Counted from the stretch's first letter, positions 35,710-48,678 are shown. The stretch: 64,000 nucleotides of DNA from Octopus sinensis (GCF_006345805.1 NC_042999.1:45632001-45696000); one strand, 5' to 3'. The notes: generated by a model not told the origin, from the letters alone. Translations and numbers: made by a program.

Positions 35710-38155
35710 TCATCATCATCATCATCATCGTTTAGCGTCCGTTTTCCATGCTAGCATGGGTTGGACGGGTCAACTGGGGTCTGTGAAGCTGGAAGGCTTC
35801 GTCAGGCCCAGTCAGATCTGGCAGTGTTTCTACGGCTGGATGCCCTTCCTAACGCCAACCACTCCGCGAGTGTAGTGGGTGTTTTTTACGTGCCACCTGC
35901 ACAGGTGCCAGACAGAGCTGGCGAACGGCCACGAACGGATGGTGCTTTTACGTGTCACCGGCACGGGGCCAGGCATTGCTGGCAACGGACACGAACGGAC
36001 GGTGCTTTTACGTGTCACCGGCACGGGGGCCAGCCGAGGCTGGCAACGGACGTGAACGGATGGTGCTTTTACGTGCCACCGACACGGTTGCCAGACAGAG
36101 CTGGCAAACGGCCACGAGCGGACGGTGCTTTTACGTGTCACCGGCACGGGGGCCAGCCGAGGCTGGCAACGGACACGGACGGATGGTGCTTTTACGTGCC
36201 ACCGACACGGGGCCAGACAGAGCTGGCAAACGGCCACGAACAGATGGTGCTTTTACGTGTCACCGGCACGGGGCCAGCCGAGGCTGGCAACGGACGCGAA
36301 CAGATGGTGCTTTTACGTGCCACCGACACGGTTGCCAGACAGAGCTGGCAAACGGCCACGAGCGGACGGTGCTTTTATGTGTCACTGGCACGGGGGCCAG
36401 CCGAGGCTGGCAACGGACACGGACGGATGGTGCTTTTACGTGCCACCGACACGGGGCCAGACAGAGCTGGCAAACGGCCACGAACGGATGGTGCTTTTAC
36501 GTGCCACCGACACGGGGCCAGACAGAGCTGGCCAACGGCCACGAACGGACGGTGCTTTTACGTGTCACCGGCACGGGGCCAGGCGAGGCTGGCAACGAAC
36601 ACGAACGGATGGTGCTTTTACGTGCCACCGACACGGGGCCAGGCAGAGCTGGCAAACGGCCATGAGCGAATGGTGCTTTTACGTATCACCGGCACGGGTG
36701 CCAGACGAGGCTGACAGCGGACACGAACAGATGGGTCACTTAACCCCTGCTTTCTGATATATGATTTGATTTTGATTGTTCTCACTGGTCTTGCCGGGTC
36801 TTCTCACGCACAACATACTTCCATAGGTCTCGGTCTCTGGTCATTTCCTTGGTGAGACCTAGAGTTCGAAGGTCGTGCTTCACCACCTCGACCCAGGTTT
36901 TCCTGGGTCTACCTCAACTGCCAGGGTGTGGCACTTTTTCACACACCTATCTTCATCCATTCTCACCACATGACCATACCAGCGCAATCGTCTCTCTTGC
37001 ACACAACATCTGATTCCTCTTAGGTCCAACTTTTCTCTCAAGGTACTTACACTCTGTCGACTATGAACACTGACATTACACATCCAACGGAGCATACTAG
37101 CTTCATTTCTCGCGAGCTTACGCATGTCCTCAGCAGTCACGGCCCATGTTTCACTGCCATGTAGCATGGCTGTTCGTACACATGCATCATACAGTCTGCC
37201 TTTTACTCTGAGCGAGAGGCCTTTAGTCACCAACAGAGGTAAGAGCTCCCTAAACTTTGCCCAGGCTATTCTTACTCTAGCCGTTACACTTTCAGCACAC
37301 CCACCCCCACTACTGACTTGGTCGCCAAGATAACGGAAGCTATCAACTACTTCTAGTTTTTCCCCCTGGAAAGTGACGGAAGTTGTTTTCTGCAGATTTT
37401 CAGAGGTTAATGCTCCCGAGCATCTGCCACATACAAAAACCATCTTCCTAGTTAGCCTTCCTATGACATTGCTGCACCTCTTATGTGTCCATAGCTTACA
37501 CTTGGTGCATCTTATAGAGTTTCTACCTACACCTTTTCTACAGATCGAGCAGGGCCATCTACCTGAAGGCGTTTGTGATTTGTCTACCTTCCTACTTATT
37601 ACAACCTATTAGCTAGGTTGACTCTAAGGCCCTTCGATTCTAAACCATGCTTCCACACCTGAAACTTCTTCTCCAGTTCTGATAATGACTCAGCAATTAG
37701 AGCAAGGTCATCAGCATAGAGGAGCTCCCAGGGGCATCCTGTCTTGAATTCCTCCGTTATTGCCTGGAGGACTATGATAAATAGGAGGGGACTGAGCCTT
37801 GGTGGACCCCTACCTCTACCCGGAATTCTTCACTGTACTCATTTCCAACCCTCACCTTACTAGCAGCGTCCCTGTACATGGCTTGCACAGCTCTCACTAA
37901 CCATTCTTCTATTCCTAGTTTCCTCATTGACCACCATATGAGGGATCGGGGGACCCTGTCGAAGGCTTTCTCCATGTCAACAAAAGCCAGGTACAGGGCC
38001 TTATCTTTGGCTAGGTATTTCTCCTGCAGCTGCCTTACCAGGAATATAGCATCAGTGGTACTTTTCCCTGGCACAAAACCAAACTGCATCTCATCTAAAC
38101 TAACTCTCTCTCTAATTAGTTGGCTTATGACCCTTAGATATATGACCCTTAGATA
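35710..38155 (-). mobile_element. 5'-truncated, frameshifted RTE LINE (RT domain to 3' tail)
   Basis: QFGFVPGKSTTDAIF..FVDMEKAFDRVP..GVHQGS (37772-38130), YADD near 37705, C-terminal ORF 36880-37443 closely similar to 28417-29196, (CAT)n tail at 35710, and a 15-bp tandem duplication at the 5' junction. Confidence 0.92.
35878..36735. repeat. GC-rich minisatellite, 14 units of about 61 bp, in the RTE 3' UTR
   Basis: ggtgcttttacgtg recurs at 35941, 36001, 36062, 36124, 36185, 36246, 36306, 36368, 36429, 36490, 36551, 36611 and 36672, with a variant at about 35878. Two unit types alternate. Confidence 0.95.
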
Positions 38156-38539
38156 TAAAATTAGATATATAATATTTTGAAATAGAACCTGAAGATGTGT
38201 TGGAATAATTGTAAACCTGACGATTGCATATAGATATTTATATATGTATATATATGGGTATACAGTTGTGTATGTGTATATATATTGTAATCTTCCAATA
38301 CTGAAACACATTTAGTTCCTTCATATTTAATAAATATAAGTATTAACTAAAGTAGGATATAATTAACGAAGTATATTATATACCCTGCTGGTAATTTTGA
38401 TAATATCCTTTAAGTATTATTTCGTGATGTGCAAACTGATACTATGAGTTTATTATCAGATATACTTATTAGGTTATTTTTGTATTATCTGAAATAGGAT
38501 ACCTGCATATCGATTAATCCCCCAAAATTGAATTATACA

Positions 38540-38573
38540 TATACATACATACATACATACATACATACATACA

Positions 38574-38652
<79 letters not shown>

Positions 38653-39046
38653 TATATAAATATATCTCTTATATATATGTATATGTATATATATATACAT
38701 AAATATATCTCTTATATATATGTATATGTATATATATATACATAAATATATCTCTTATATATATGCATATGTATATATATATACATAAATATATCTCTTA
38801 TATATATGTATATATATATATATATATATAAATATATCTCTTATATATGTATATATATATATATATATATATACATAAATATATCTCTTATATATATGTA
38901 TATGTATATACATAAATATATCTCTTATATATATGCATATGTATATATATATACATAAATATATCTCTTATATATATGTATATATATATACATCAATATA
39001 TCTCTTATATATATGTATATATATATACATAAATATATCTCTTATA

Positions 39047-39090
<44 letters not shown>
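38540..39090. repeat. (CATA)n/(TA)n tract containing about 10 copies of a 35-45 bp minisatellite (aaatatatctcttatatatatgtatatgtatatatatacat)
   Basis: The atatctctta anchor recurs about 10 times between 38660 and 39045. Confidence 0.9.
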
Positions 39091-39094
<4 letters not shown>

Positions 39095-39095
39095 C

Positions 39096-41480
39096 AATAG
39101 CTGACCATGTACGGGCCAAAAGAGAGCACGGACATGCAGCCTACAAGAAACCCTCAAAATCTTTCCAGCTTGAACTACCATAAGGCAAACTGGAAACAAA
39201 TTGAGAAAGAGATCCTCAAACAAAACTGGCCTAAATGTCTCTCCTCGCCAGACATCGACGTGAAACTTCAACAATTCATGTCTGTAATGCAAGCCATATG
39301 CTACAAATGTGTCCCAGAGAGAAAGGCCACTGTACACAAGAACAAAATCCCCAGAGAGAGGAAAATTTTAATGAGACGGTGTACGAAATTTTCAAATCGC
39401 CTAAACAAACAGATTGAAAGCAGTGAAAAGTCCCGCCTAAAAATAAAACTGTTGGAAATCGAAAAATGTCTGCAACTCTCCCATGAAAAAGAAAGAGCAG
39501 ACAAAGAAGCCTGGGCTATAGAAAACATAAAATCTAACCCCAGAGCTTTCTACAGGTATGCCAAAGAAACAGCTACAGTGCACTGTAGAATAGGGCCACT
39601 CCTCGAAAAGGATGGCACACTTACAGGAAAACCAATGAGGGTAAGTGAAATACTGAATGAGCAATTCAAGAGTGTTTTCACTCCACCCCTTGGGCATCTC
39701 CAAATCACCAATCCAACTGACTTTTTTACCACTGCAGATATAAAATCAGAGGCGGCGACGATAGATTACATCGATATAAAGGAAGACGATGTAACCAAGG
39801 CTATAGATGAAATGAAAACAGACTCAGCTACTGGCCCCGATGGATTCCCGGCAATCCTCCTAAAAGCATGTAAGAGAGTCCTAGCAAGACCACTGCAGTT
39901 CCTCTTTCAGAGCTTCCTTGCAGCTGGCAAACTTCCAGGAAAACTGAAGGAAGGTAAAATATGCCCCATTCATAAAGGAGGTAGCAGAGCGGAAGCCAAG
40001 AACTATAGACCTATCTCTCTGACCTCACACATCAGCAAGGTCATGGAACGAATAGTCAGAAGGAAGCTGATCACCTTCCTTGAAGAGAATGACTTGCTGC
40101 CCGACACCCAACATGGTTTCCGACCAGGGAGAAGCTGTTTAACTCAGCTCCTACAACACTATGACTGGGTGCTGAAACGGCTGCTCAACCACTCAAATGT
40201 GGAAGTGATATATCTCGACTTTGCAAAGGCCTTTGATAAAGTCGATCATGGAATGATATGTCACAAACTGCGTGATCTCAACATAGTTGGAAAACTGGGA
40301 GAATGGCTTCATGACTTTCTGAAGGATAGAAGTCAGGTGGTAGTAGCCAATGGGGCCACCTCCATTAACACACAAATAGTGAGCGGTGTTCCGCAGGGCA
40401 CTGTTCTGGGACCACTACTGTTCATAATGGCCCTCTCAGACATGCCCTCAGCCACGCAGAGAGCCACGATCACAAGTTATGCAGATGATACAAAAGTTTC
40501 ACAGGCAATACAGAACCCTGAGGACACTAAACACCTGCAATGTGAGCTGGACGAAATATACAAGTGGGCTGAAAAGAATAGCATGCAGTTCAATGCTGGA
40601 AAGTTTCAAGCTTTATACTATCAGCATGCAAAACTGAATGCAATACCCAATGAATACACTGGACCCGGAGGGATTGCAATCCCAGAGGCACAATCAGTGC
40701 GTGACCTGGGTATTCACATGAGTGATGACGCGACCTTTCATGTACATGTTGCTAAACTGACAATGAAATGTAGACGGCTGGCTGGATGGATTCTTAGAAC
40801 CTTTAGAACAAGAGAACAAGAAACCATGATGGTCCTCTGGAAGACACTTGTCCTAAGCCACTTTGACTATTGCTCTCAGCTATGGTCACCATCCAGTGTC
40901 AAGTTGATCACAGAACTTGAGGCGATCCAACGAAGCTACACAAAGAAGATAGCCTCTATGCAGAATGTAAGCTACTGGGAAAGACTCAAGGGATTAAAAT
41001 TATATTCCCTGGAGCGTAGGCGGGAAAGATATGCCATAATATACATCTGGAAGATCCTGGAGGGAAGTGTCCTGAACTTTGGCATCGAGAGTTACGCAAA
41101 TGCCAGAACTGGGCGCCACTGCGTGGTGCCTAGGACTCCAAACCTGCCATCAAGATGTAGGACAAGATTCTGTGATAGCCTGGGCTTCCGAGGCCCACAG
41201 CTCTTCAATATCCTCCCGAAGAACCTGAGAGACCTGCATGGGGTGGATACAGATGTCTTTAAAATGAAGCTGGATCTCTTCCTGTCAGGTGTCCCAGATG
41301 AACCAACTTCACGGCAGGAGGGGCAGATGAGGGCAGCTGCATCGAACTCTCTCATGCACCAAATAGCAGTTGCTAGAAAGCCTCCATGAAGTGAAACCAA
41401 GTAGCAACACCAAATGGCGGTGCCCCAGCATGGCCACAGCTCATAAGCTGAAACTAGAATCAATCAATCAATCAATCAAT
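39096..41480 (+). mobile_element. 5'-truncated CR1/L2-group LINE inserted in (TA)n, with an (AATC)n tail
   Basis: Long RT ORF, 3' UTR of about 70 bp with a stem-loop, tetranucleotide tail at 41458-41481, and (TA)n on both sides. Confidence 0.88.
39107..41389 (+). CDS. Reverse transcriptase ORF2 (760 aa, uninterrupted; the N-terminal APE endonuclease is missing)
   Basis: RT motifs YRPISLTSHISKVMERIV, QHGFRPGRSC, YLDFAKAFDKVDH, SGVPQGTVLGPLLF, YADD, VRDLGI; C-terminal LERRRERY and LDLFLSGVPDEP..AASNSL. Confidence 0.92.
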   Translation: MYGPKESTDMQPTRNPQNLSSLNYHKANWKQIEKEILKQNWPKCLSSPDIDVKLQQFMSVMQAICYKCVPERKATVHKNKIPRERKILMRRCTKFSNRLNKQIESSEKSRLKIKLLEIEKCLQLSHEKERADKEAWAIENIKSNPRAFYRYAKETATVHCRIGPLLEKDGTLTGKPMRVSEILNEQFKSVFTPPLGHLQITNPTDFFTTADIKSEAATIDYIDIKEDDVTKAIDEMKTDSATGPDGFPAILLKACKRVLARPLQFLFQSFLAAGKLPGKLKEGKICPIHKGGSRAEAKNYRPISLTSHISKVMERIVRRKLITFLEENDLLPDTQHGFRPGRSCLTQLLQHYDWVLKRLLNHSNVEVIYLDFAKAFDKVDHGMICHKLRDLNIVGKLGEWLHDFLKDRSQVVVANGATSINTQIVSGVPQGTVLGPLLFIMALSDMPSATQRATITSYADDTKVSQAIQNPEDTKHLQCELDEIYKWAEKNSMQFNAGKFQALYYQHAKLNAIPNEYTGPGGIAIPEAQSVRDLGIHMSDDATFHVHVAKLTMKCRRLAGWILRTFRTREQETMMVLWKTLVLSHFDYCSQLWSPSSVKLITELEAIQRSYTKKIASMQNVSYWERLKGLKLYSLERRRERYAIIYIWKILEGSVLNFGIESYANARTGRHCVVPRTPNLPSRCRTRFCDSLGFRGPQLFNILPKNLRDLHGVDTDVFKMKLDLFLSGVPDEPTSRQEGQMRAAASNSLMHQIAVARKPP

Positions 41481-41509
41481 CTTATATATATATATATATA
41501 TATATATAT

Positions 41510-41547
<38 letters not shown>

Positions 41548-41550
<3 letters not shown>

Positions 41551-42303
41551 CCTGTGGCACACAAGAATCCATCAGTGCTGTAGTCAGTGCGGTGGGCACA
41601 TGACAAACACCATCCGATCGTGGCCGTTCGCCAGGCTCATCTAGCACCTGTGTCGGTGGCACATAAAAACACCATCCGAAGACCCGGCAAGACTAGTCAG
41701 GCCATAACCCATGGACCCTACCTGGGACGTAGTCAGTCCACCTGTGCATACCTTCCTTCTTGTGACACTTGTGAAGACCTGTTGAGGCAAGTGAAAATCA
41801 AAACAAATCAAAATAGATGAACATCAATGGAATTTGTATCTTTGTGGTACCAGTGCCGGTGGCACGTGGCACACAAGAAAACCATCCGAACGTGGCCGTA
41901 GCCAGTACCGCATCGACTGGCCTCCGTGCTGTGGGCACGTAACAAGCACCATCCGATCGTGGCGTTTGCCAGCCTCATCTGGCACCTGTGTCGGTGGCAC
42001 ATAAAAACACCATCTGAGCGTGGCCGTCTGCCAGCCTCGTCTGGCACCTGTGTCGGTGGCACATAAAAGACACCATCCGAGCGTGGCCGTTTGCCAGCCT
42101 CGTCTGGCACCTGTGTCGGTGGCACATAAAATCACCCACTACACTCTCGGAGTGGTTGGCGTTAGGAAGGGCATCCAGCTGTAGAAACACTGCCAGATCT
42201 GACTGGACTGGTGCAGCTTTCGGGCTCCCCAGACCCCAGTTGAACCGTCCAACCCATGCTAGCATGGAAAGCGGACGTTAAACGATGATGATGATGATGA
42301 TGA
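41548..42303 (+). mobile_element. RTE 3' UTR fragment with minisatellite units both before and after the ORF-end segment
   Basis: gaagacccggcaagac (ORF end) at about 41679, preceded by about 2 units and followed by about 5 units; standard RTE tail and (GAT)n. Confidence 0.8.
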
Positions 42304-43454
42304 TACACACACATGCACACAAACATATATATGATGGGCTTCTTTCAGTTTTCCCAGCCAAATCCACTTGTAAGAGTTAGGCTGGTCTGCAACTACAGTA
42401 CAACTTTCCCAAGATGCTATGCAATAAGACGGAACTCTAAAAACCATGTATATGGGAAGCAAACTTCTCAATCACAGAGCCATGTCTGTGTGTACACGTG
42501 TGTATTTGTGTGTATACATGTGTGTGTTTGTATGTGCATATACATGTGTGTGTATTGCTAAAGATCCACTCTGCCACTAAGCCATGTTTTTAGTGCCATA
42601 TGCTGTCTTATAGACCAAGAGAAACAAATGCATGACTGCAAAATGTTAAGATTTCTATAAATGAATACAAAAATCCTTATTACTGTATGTAATTGAGTTT
42701 ACAATTTCTTGTGTTTTTACAACCAGGAATACACAGACACACACACACACACACACTTGGACATACACTTGTATTGATTTTGTTTTTGACAACAGATTAC
42801 TGTAAGTTATTTTGGATACACCTTAGCTTTAAACAAGTAATAAATTGGTAAATCTGAATAATAAAATTCATCATGATAATGACTTTCTTAAAAACACAGA
42901 ATAAAACCAATAGTGATCAGCCAGAGAAAATATCATGTCAGACAGCTATCAAATATTATTATGATAAATCTTATGAAACTAAGTGAGAAAATAGGCCGGG
43001 AGCTTCTTTCATTTTTACAACTCAATTGAAAGAAGGAAACTTCTCAAAAGATATATATTAATGTAATATAAAGCTATATATGTACGTCTATGTGTATGTG
43101 TTTATGCACATCTGTGTGTGTGTTTGCATACTTGTATATACACATAAATAAATACATACATGCATACACACACACATATTTGTGGAGTTTTGGATATTAT
43201 AGACTGATCGTAATAGTTGTATTTGCTGTTAATTTTTATAGATGTTCAATAGCTCCAGCCATTGCTGACAGAGTAGACTGCATCATGGAATGGTATGTTG
43301 GTGGTAATGTTTGAGCCCCAAATTGAAGGCGTTCTGGCCATGACTGTCCTCTCTTTTCGAACATGCATTGTCTTAGGTAACATTATCTCATAAGAGATAA
43401 GGTCCTTCTTTAAAAAACGAAAAAAGAAAAAATTCCTCCTCCTCCTCCTCATCA

Positions 43455-43790
43455 TCATCATCGTTTAATGTCCGCTTTCCCTGCTAGCATGTGTTGGACG
43501 ATTTGACTGAGGTCTGGCGAACCAGATGGCTGCACCAGACTCCAATCTGATCTGGCAGAGTTTCTACAGCTAGATGCCCTTCCTAACACCAACCACTCCG
43601 AGAGTGTAGTGGGTGCTTTTACGTGCCACTGGCACGAGGGCCAGTCAGGCGGTACTGGCAGCAGCCACGCTTAATGGTGCTTTTTATGTGCCACCTGCAC
43701 AGGAGCCAGTCCAGCAGCACTGGCAACGACATCGTTTGAATGTTTTTTCATGTGCCACCAGCACAAGTGCCAGTAAGGCGACGTAGGTAA
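43455..43790 (-). mobile_element. RTE 3' end with about 3 minisatellite units
   Basis: (CAT)n-cgtttaatgtccgctttcc..gtgggtgcttttacgtgccac. Confidence 0.8.
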
Positions 43791-44554
43791 CGATTACAAA
43801 AGAAAAAATTATAATTTGCAAAAGATGTGACTGCTATTTCTAGCTGCTCACATGATCACATAAAGGCTCTTTCCTTTGCCCATTTTGATATAGCTGTTGT
43901 AGGTCATACTCTACCTTTCTAACTATGACTGTTTCCTGTCTTTTGGGTTAGCTTTCCTTTCCCTCCAGCAATTTGGACTTTTGTCATATATTGTTATTGT
44001 TGTTATTGTGTTACCACAAATCACCTCTGATAATGCAGGTGCATGGCTCACAAATGGTTTGGTGATTGACTAGGAGTGTTCGTGAGGCTTCTAGTTGCTG
44101 CACATTAGCTTGACCTGCAAGAAATAGCTGTCAAACCTCTTTCAAAAATGGATCAATATACAAGATGAATATAAATGTAACATCTCAGAAGAGATGGAAT
44201 GATGGTTGGTTGTAAGTACTGAGTGTTCTGGTTAAATTTAACAGTTTGCACAAAAGAGAAAGAGAACACTGTGACCCATCCAAAGATGAAAGTATTTTAG
44301 AATATCATCTGAGGCAATGAGAGGTGATCAACACCTTTGGGGATTTGCTATGCTTGAGGAGACACATGAAGCCAAATGAAATCGTAATTGGAATGGTTGG
44401 CATTAGGAAGGGCATCCAACCATAGAAACCAAGCCAAATCAGACTAGAGTCCAATACAGCTCTTTGGCTTACCAGTCTCAGTCAAACCATTTAAACCATG
44501 CCAGCAATGAAAACAGATGCTAATTGATAATGATGGTCAGCTATATTATGGCTG

Positions 44555-44700
44555 AGAGATACCTGTTTCTTTTTCAGTTGCACCCAACACGTGATAATCC
44601 ATGGTACTGCATTTGGGGGAAATTAGGAGGCCAGAAATTGGGACTGTTAAAGTTGTAGAAATTCTCTGACAACCATTTGTGACACTTCCTGGAGTATGGC
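44555..44700 (-). pseudogene. Tc1/mariner-superfamily transposase fragment
   Basis: Frameshifted KWLSENFYNFNSPNFWPPN(F)P..MDYHVLGATEKET, corresponding to the WPPNSPDLNPxDY motif. Confidence 0.7.
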
Positions 44701-46982
44701 AGTAGAAGACACTTGCCCAAGGTGCCACGCAGTGGGACTGAACTTGGAACCATGTGGTTCGTAAGCAAGCTACTTACCACACAGCCACTCTTATGCCTAT
44801 ATCTTTATTTACCTAGTTGTGATCACCATTTCCCTTTTTAATTGTGTTTTTTTTTTTCCCTCCCAGTAGTGTTTAAAATTTGTAACCTGTACTAAATTGG
44901 TTTTCAATTATATGTTACCTGGAAAGGAGCAAGCTGAGAGCATCATTAACATTCTGGGCAAAATGATTAGCAGCATTTTGTCTACCTATGTTCTGAGTTC
45001 AAATTCTGTTAAGATCGACTTTACCTTTCATCCTTTCGGGGTCGATAAAATAAGTACCAGTTAATTACTAGGGTTGATGTAACTGACTTACCCAACCTCT
45101 GAAATTGCTGGCCTTGTGCCAAAATTTGAAACTGATTATATGCTACTTTTCATCTTTTGTTTGAGCAAATAATGGAATGCTTAGCGACGTCTACAACACT
45201 ATCAAGTCCAACATTTGGAATTTTGTTTCCAGTTTTCAAGTATTTAGGTATCATTTTGTTTTCTTTTACTTGTTTCAGTCATTGGACTGCAATCATGGTG
45301 GGGCACAACCTTGAAAAGTTTTAGTCAAGCAAATTGCCTCCCAGTATCTGGGTTTTTTTTTTTTCGTTTCAAGTCTGGTACCTATTTTATTGGTCACTTT
45401 TACCAAACTCCTAAGTTACAGGGATGTAAACAAACCAAAACCTGCAGTGGAGGGGACACACATACACACACACACACACACACAGACACTCACATGCATT
45501 GACATACATACATATATATGGTGGCTGCCCCCTTGTTATCGAGTATGGGCTTTGCACGAAGCTTAATCCATGTTGCTATCGTGCAATGCCTGTGCAAGAA
45601 AGTGAGGAAAGGCTGTGTACAGAGTCAGTCCCACTCACTAAGCAACAGCAGCCATAATCCGAAAAGAAGAACAAGTCAACATCATCGGTAACCACTGAGC
45701 CGCAGGTTTTATACACATATATATATATATACACACACACACACATACATACACTTACACATACACATTTATATGCACACACAAACATCAAGCTTCCACT
45801 TAAGTTTCTATCCACCAAATTCACTCACAAGGTTTTAGTTGACCTAGGGCTACAGTAGGAGACATCATTTGCCCAATGTGGCATTTGCCCATGCAGTGGG
45901 ATTGGACCTAAAACCATGTGCTTGCAAAGTGAACTTCCTAACCACACAGCCATGCTAGGTAGCATTAAAAAGAAAAGAAAAAAATGCTTGTATTGAAGAA
46001 GAGTAAATTACTTTTTAATTTTTATATTGGATTTCCTTAAAATCACATACAAAACCTTTTACCTACTTTTTTCAATATTCCGCAAAATCTCTATTTGTGT
46101 CTTAGCTTTCAGGCATGTTACAACTGAAAATATGCATTACTCCCTTATTATTGAATAGTTAGCATTAAGAAATGATACATGCAGCTAAAAAAAATAAATG
46201 GTTGAATAAATAAATAAAACCAAACAAAATTTATGAGACACACCTAGATTTTATTGAGGCACAGTTTACCGTGACATTAGATTAAGGAACATCTAACTAT
46301 AAAAGTGTAATTTCAAACATCACTGCAATAACCATTTCACCATGCCCCATGCTTCTGGGCACAGCTCCTTATTTTATTAGCATTAAGTTAATCAAGCAGT
46401 AAAATGGCTTCTTCATAGTTGAATGCTCAACACTGCAAAGAAAAACCTGTTATCTTTAAAGACAATTCATATCTAAATATGTAGGAAGCTCCGTCTTAAA
46501 ACACCTAGTCCATATCAACGTAGATGACAAAATATATATCATTATCATCAGCTTTCTTACCTTTGTCATCACCATCTTCAGAAATTGACTTGCTAGAAAT
46601 AACAACCAAATCTTTCTCTCTAAATGAGACTTAAAAAATATCAGGCTTAAAAAATGCGTATTGGGGTTACTTTGTTTGACTAAAACTCTTCAAGGCTGTC
46701 CTCCCGCCTGGCCACAGTCCAGTGACTGAAACAGATAAAAGGTGGAGATATTTTCAAAATCAATTGGACCGAAGGCAGTGTATTCTAGCACTTGTTTCAG
46801 CCATTTGACTGTAGCCATGCTGTAGCACCGCCTTTAGCTGAGCAAATCGACCCCAGGACGTACTCTTTGTAAGCCTAGTACTTATTCTATCGGACTCTTT
46901 TGCTGAACTGCTAAGTTACTGGGATGAAAACACACCAGCATCAGTTGTCAAGTGATGTGGGGGGACAAACACAGACACACAA

Positions 46983-47036
<54 letters not shown>

Positions 47037-47049
47037 GTACAAAATAAGA

Positions 47050-47265
47050 AAATGGAGAAATACATCTAAATCAATTATCAACTACCAGATAATACCCAAT
47101 CACATAATTTATTAAACCACTACATATGAACATTAAGGTCAAACATATTAATATAGAACAAAACAGTGTACATGAAGGAGTAATATGGTACAATAAGTAC
47201 GGTATGTATAAGAGAATATAAAAATATAAATATAAATATAAACTACATCTTACAGCTGTTTCAGC
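47050..47265 (-). mobile_element. PLE-type 3' terminal repeat, family 3, keeping only the 3' half of a hammerhead
   Basis: Minus strand GAAAC-AGCT-GTA-agatg at about 47246-47262, then an AT-rich tail ending at (TA)n. Confidence 0.45.
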
Positions 47266-47524
47266 CATGCAGATATGAGTGTCTCATTTTCCTCATATTA
47301 GCCATGTGTGATAGGTCAATATGTAGTTATAAATGAGACACTTACAAAAATATCCCAAGGCCTCTTCGGAGATTATGAAATACAACCTAAATTAAATATG
47401 AATATCAGAGTAGGTACATACTTTGATCTGCAGTCTCAGTTACAGTTCATTTGGGCTCCAGCTTTTGTGTGAGGTAATATTACACACACACAACAGATCT
47501 TATCTATTATTTTCCTGCATAGGC

Positions 47525-47910
47525 ATAGAAGTGGCTGTGTGGTAAGTAGCTTGCCTACGACCCACATGGTTCCGGGTTCAGTCCCACTGCATGGCACCTT
47601 GGGCAAGTGTCTTCTACTGTAGCTTCGGGCTGACCAAAGTCTTGTGAGTGGATTTGGTAGATGGAAACTGAAAGAAGCCAGTCATATATATATATGTATG
47701 TGCGTGTGTATGTGTTTGTCCCCACCAACATCGCTTGACAACTGATGATGGGGTGTTTATGTCCGCTAACATAGCAGTTCGGCAAATGAGACCGATAGAA
47801 TAAGTACTAGGCTTACAAAGAAAAAGTCCTGGGGTCGATTTGCTCGACTAAAGGTGGTGCTCCAGCATGGCCACAGTCAAATTACTGAAACAAGTAAAAG
47901 AGTAAAAGAG
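47525..47910 (+). mobile_element. SINE family A, full length
   Basis: Head, body and tail present. Confidence 0.85.
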
Positions 47911-48678
47911 TATAGCATTCACTAACCTTCCTTGTTCATTAGTCGTATCTCTTTATTTTTTTATACTTTTATCTTTTAGTCAGGTAAGAAGACAGTGCAC
48001 ATGATCATTTGAAGTTGGTGGAAAGTAGGTGGGGTGTGGAGAGGGAGGATGCCACTGAAGGTAGTGAAGGTGCCAAGTGGTGGTATTTAAGAAGGTAATG
48101 GATTTAAGTCTGACACCATTCAAATTGATCATGGCAAAACTTTGAACTCAAAAATGCAATGTGCTGGAACAAATGCTGCAATGCATCTGACCTGACTGTT
48201 TTACTGTCCTGTCAATCTGTTACTTTGGATTGCTCCTTTGTATCAATCCCTGAAAGGATGAAAACCAAAGCTGACTTTCAAGAGGAATTGAACTTAGGGT
48301 GCAGCGATTCAAATCAAGTCATGCGAGGCTTCCTATCCACTGTTCTAATGATTCTGTCATTTCACCACCTGAGCATTGTCATACTATATTCCTTATACTT
48401 ACTCATCACTTGTTCTTGCTGTAGTGGGTTGAGCCAGTTACAGCCAATGAGTTCACCACATCCCTCACAAATGCTGACCATATCCAATGGTCACTCCTAA
48501 CATTCTTGCAGGCAACATAATGCTTCTGCCTATTGTCCAAAAATCCAGCTTGCAAATTAGACAAATGCACCATTGAGAAAGCAAGCACATCAGATAGTGC
48601 AAACATTGTAGCTGTAGTCATCATTCATTGTTGAGTGGGTAGAGTTCATAATTCAGAGTTTCAGTGAGAATACAAGCT

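Noticed and set aside
35761-36757. Long overlapping ORFs (317, 237 and 210 aa) and a CRISPR-like regular repeat
   Set aside because: The ORFs are by-products of a stop-poor GC-rich minisatellite. Units are contiguous with no unique spacers, there are no cas genes, and the context is a eukaryotic RTE 3' UTR.
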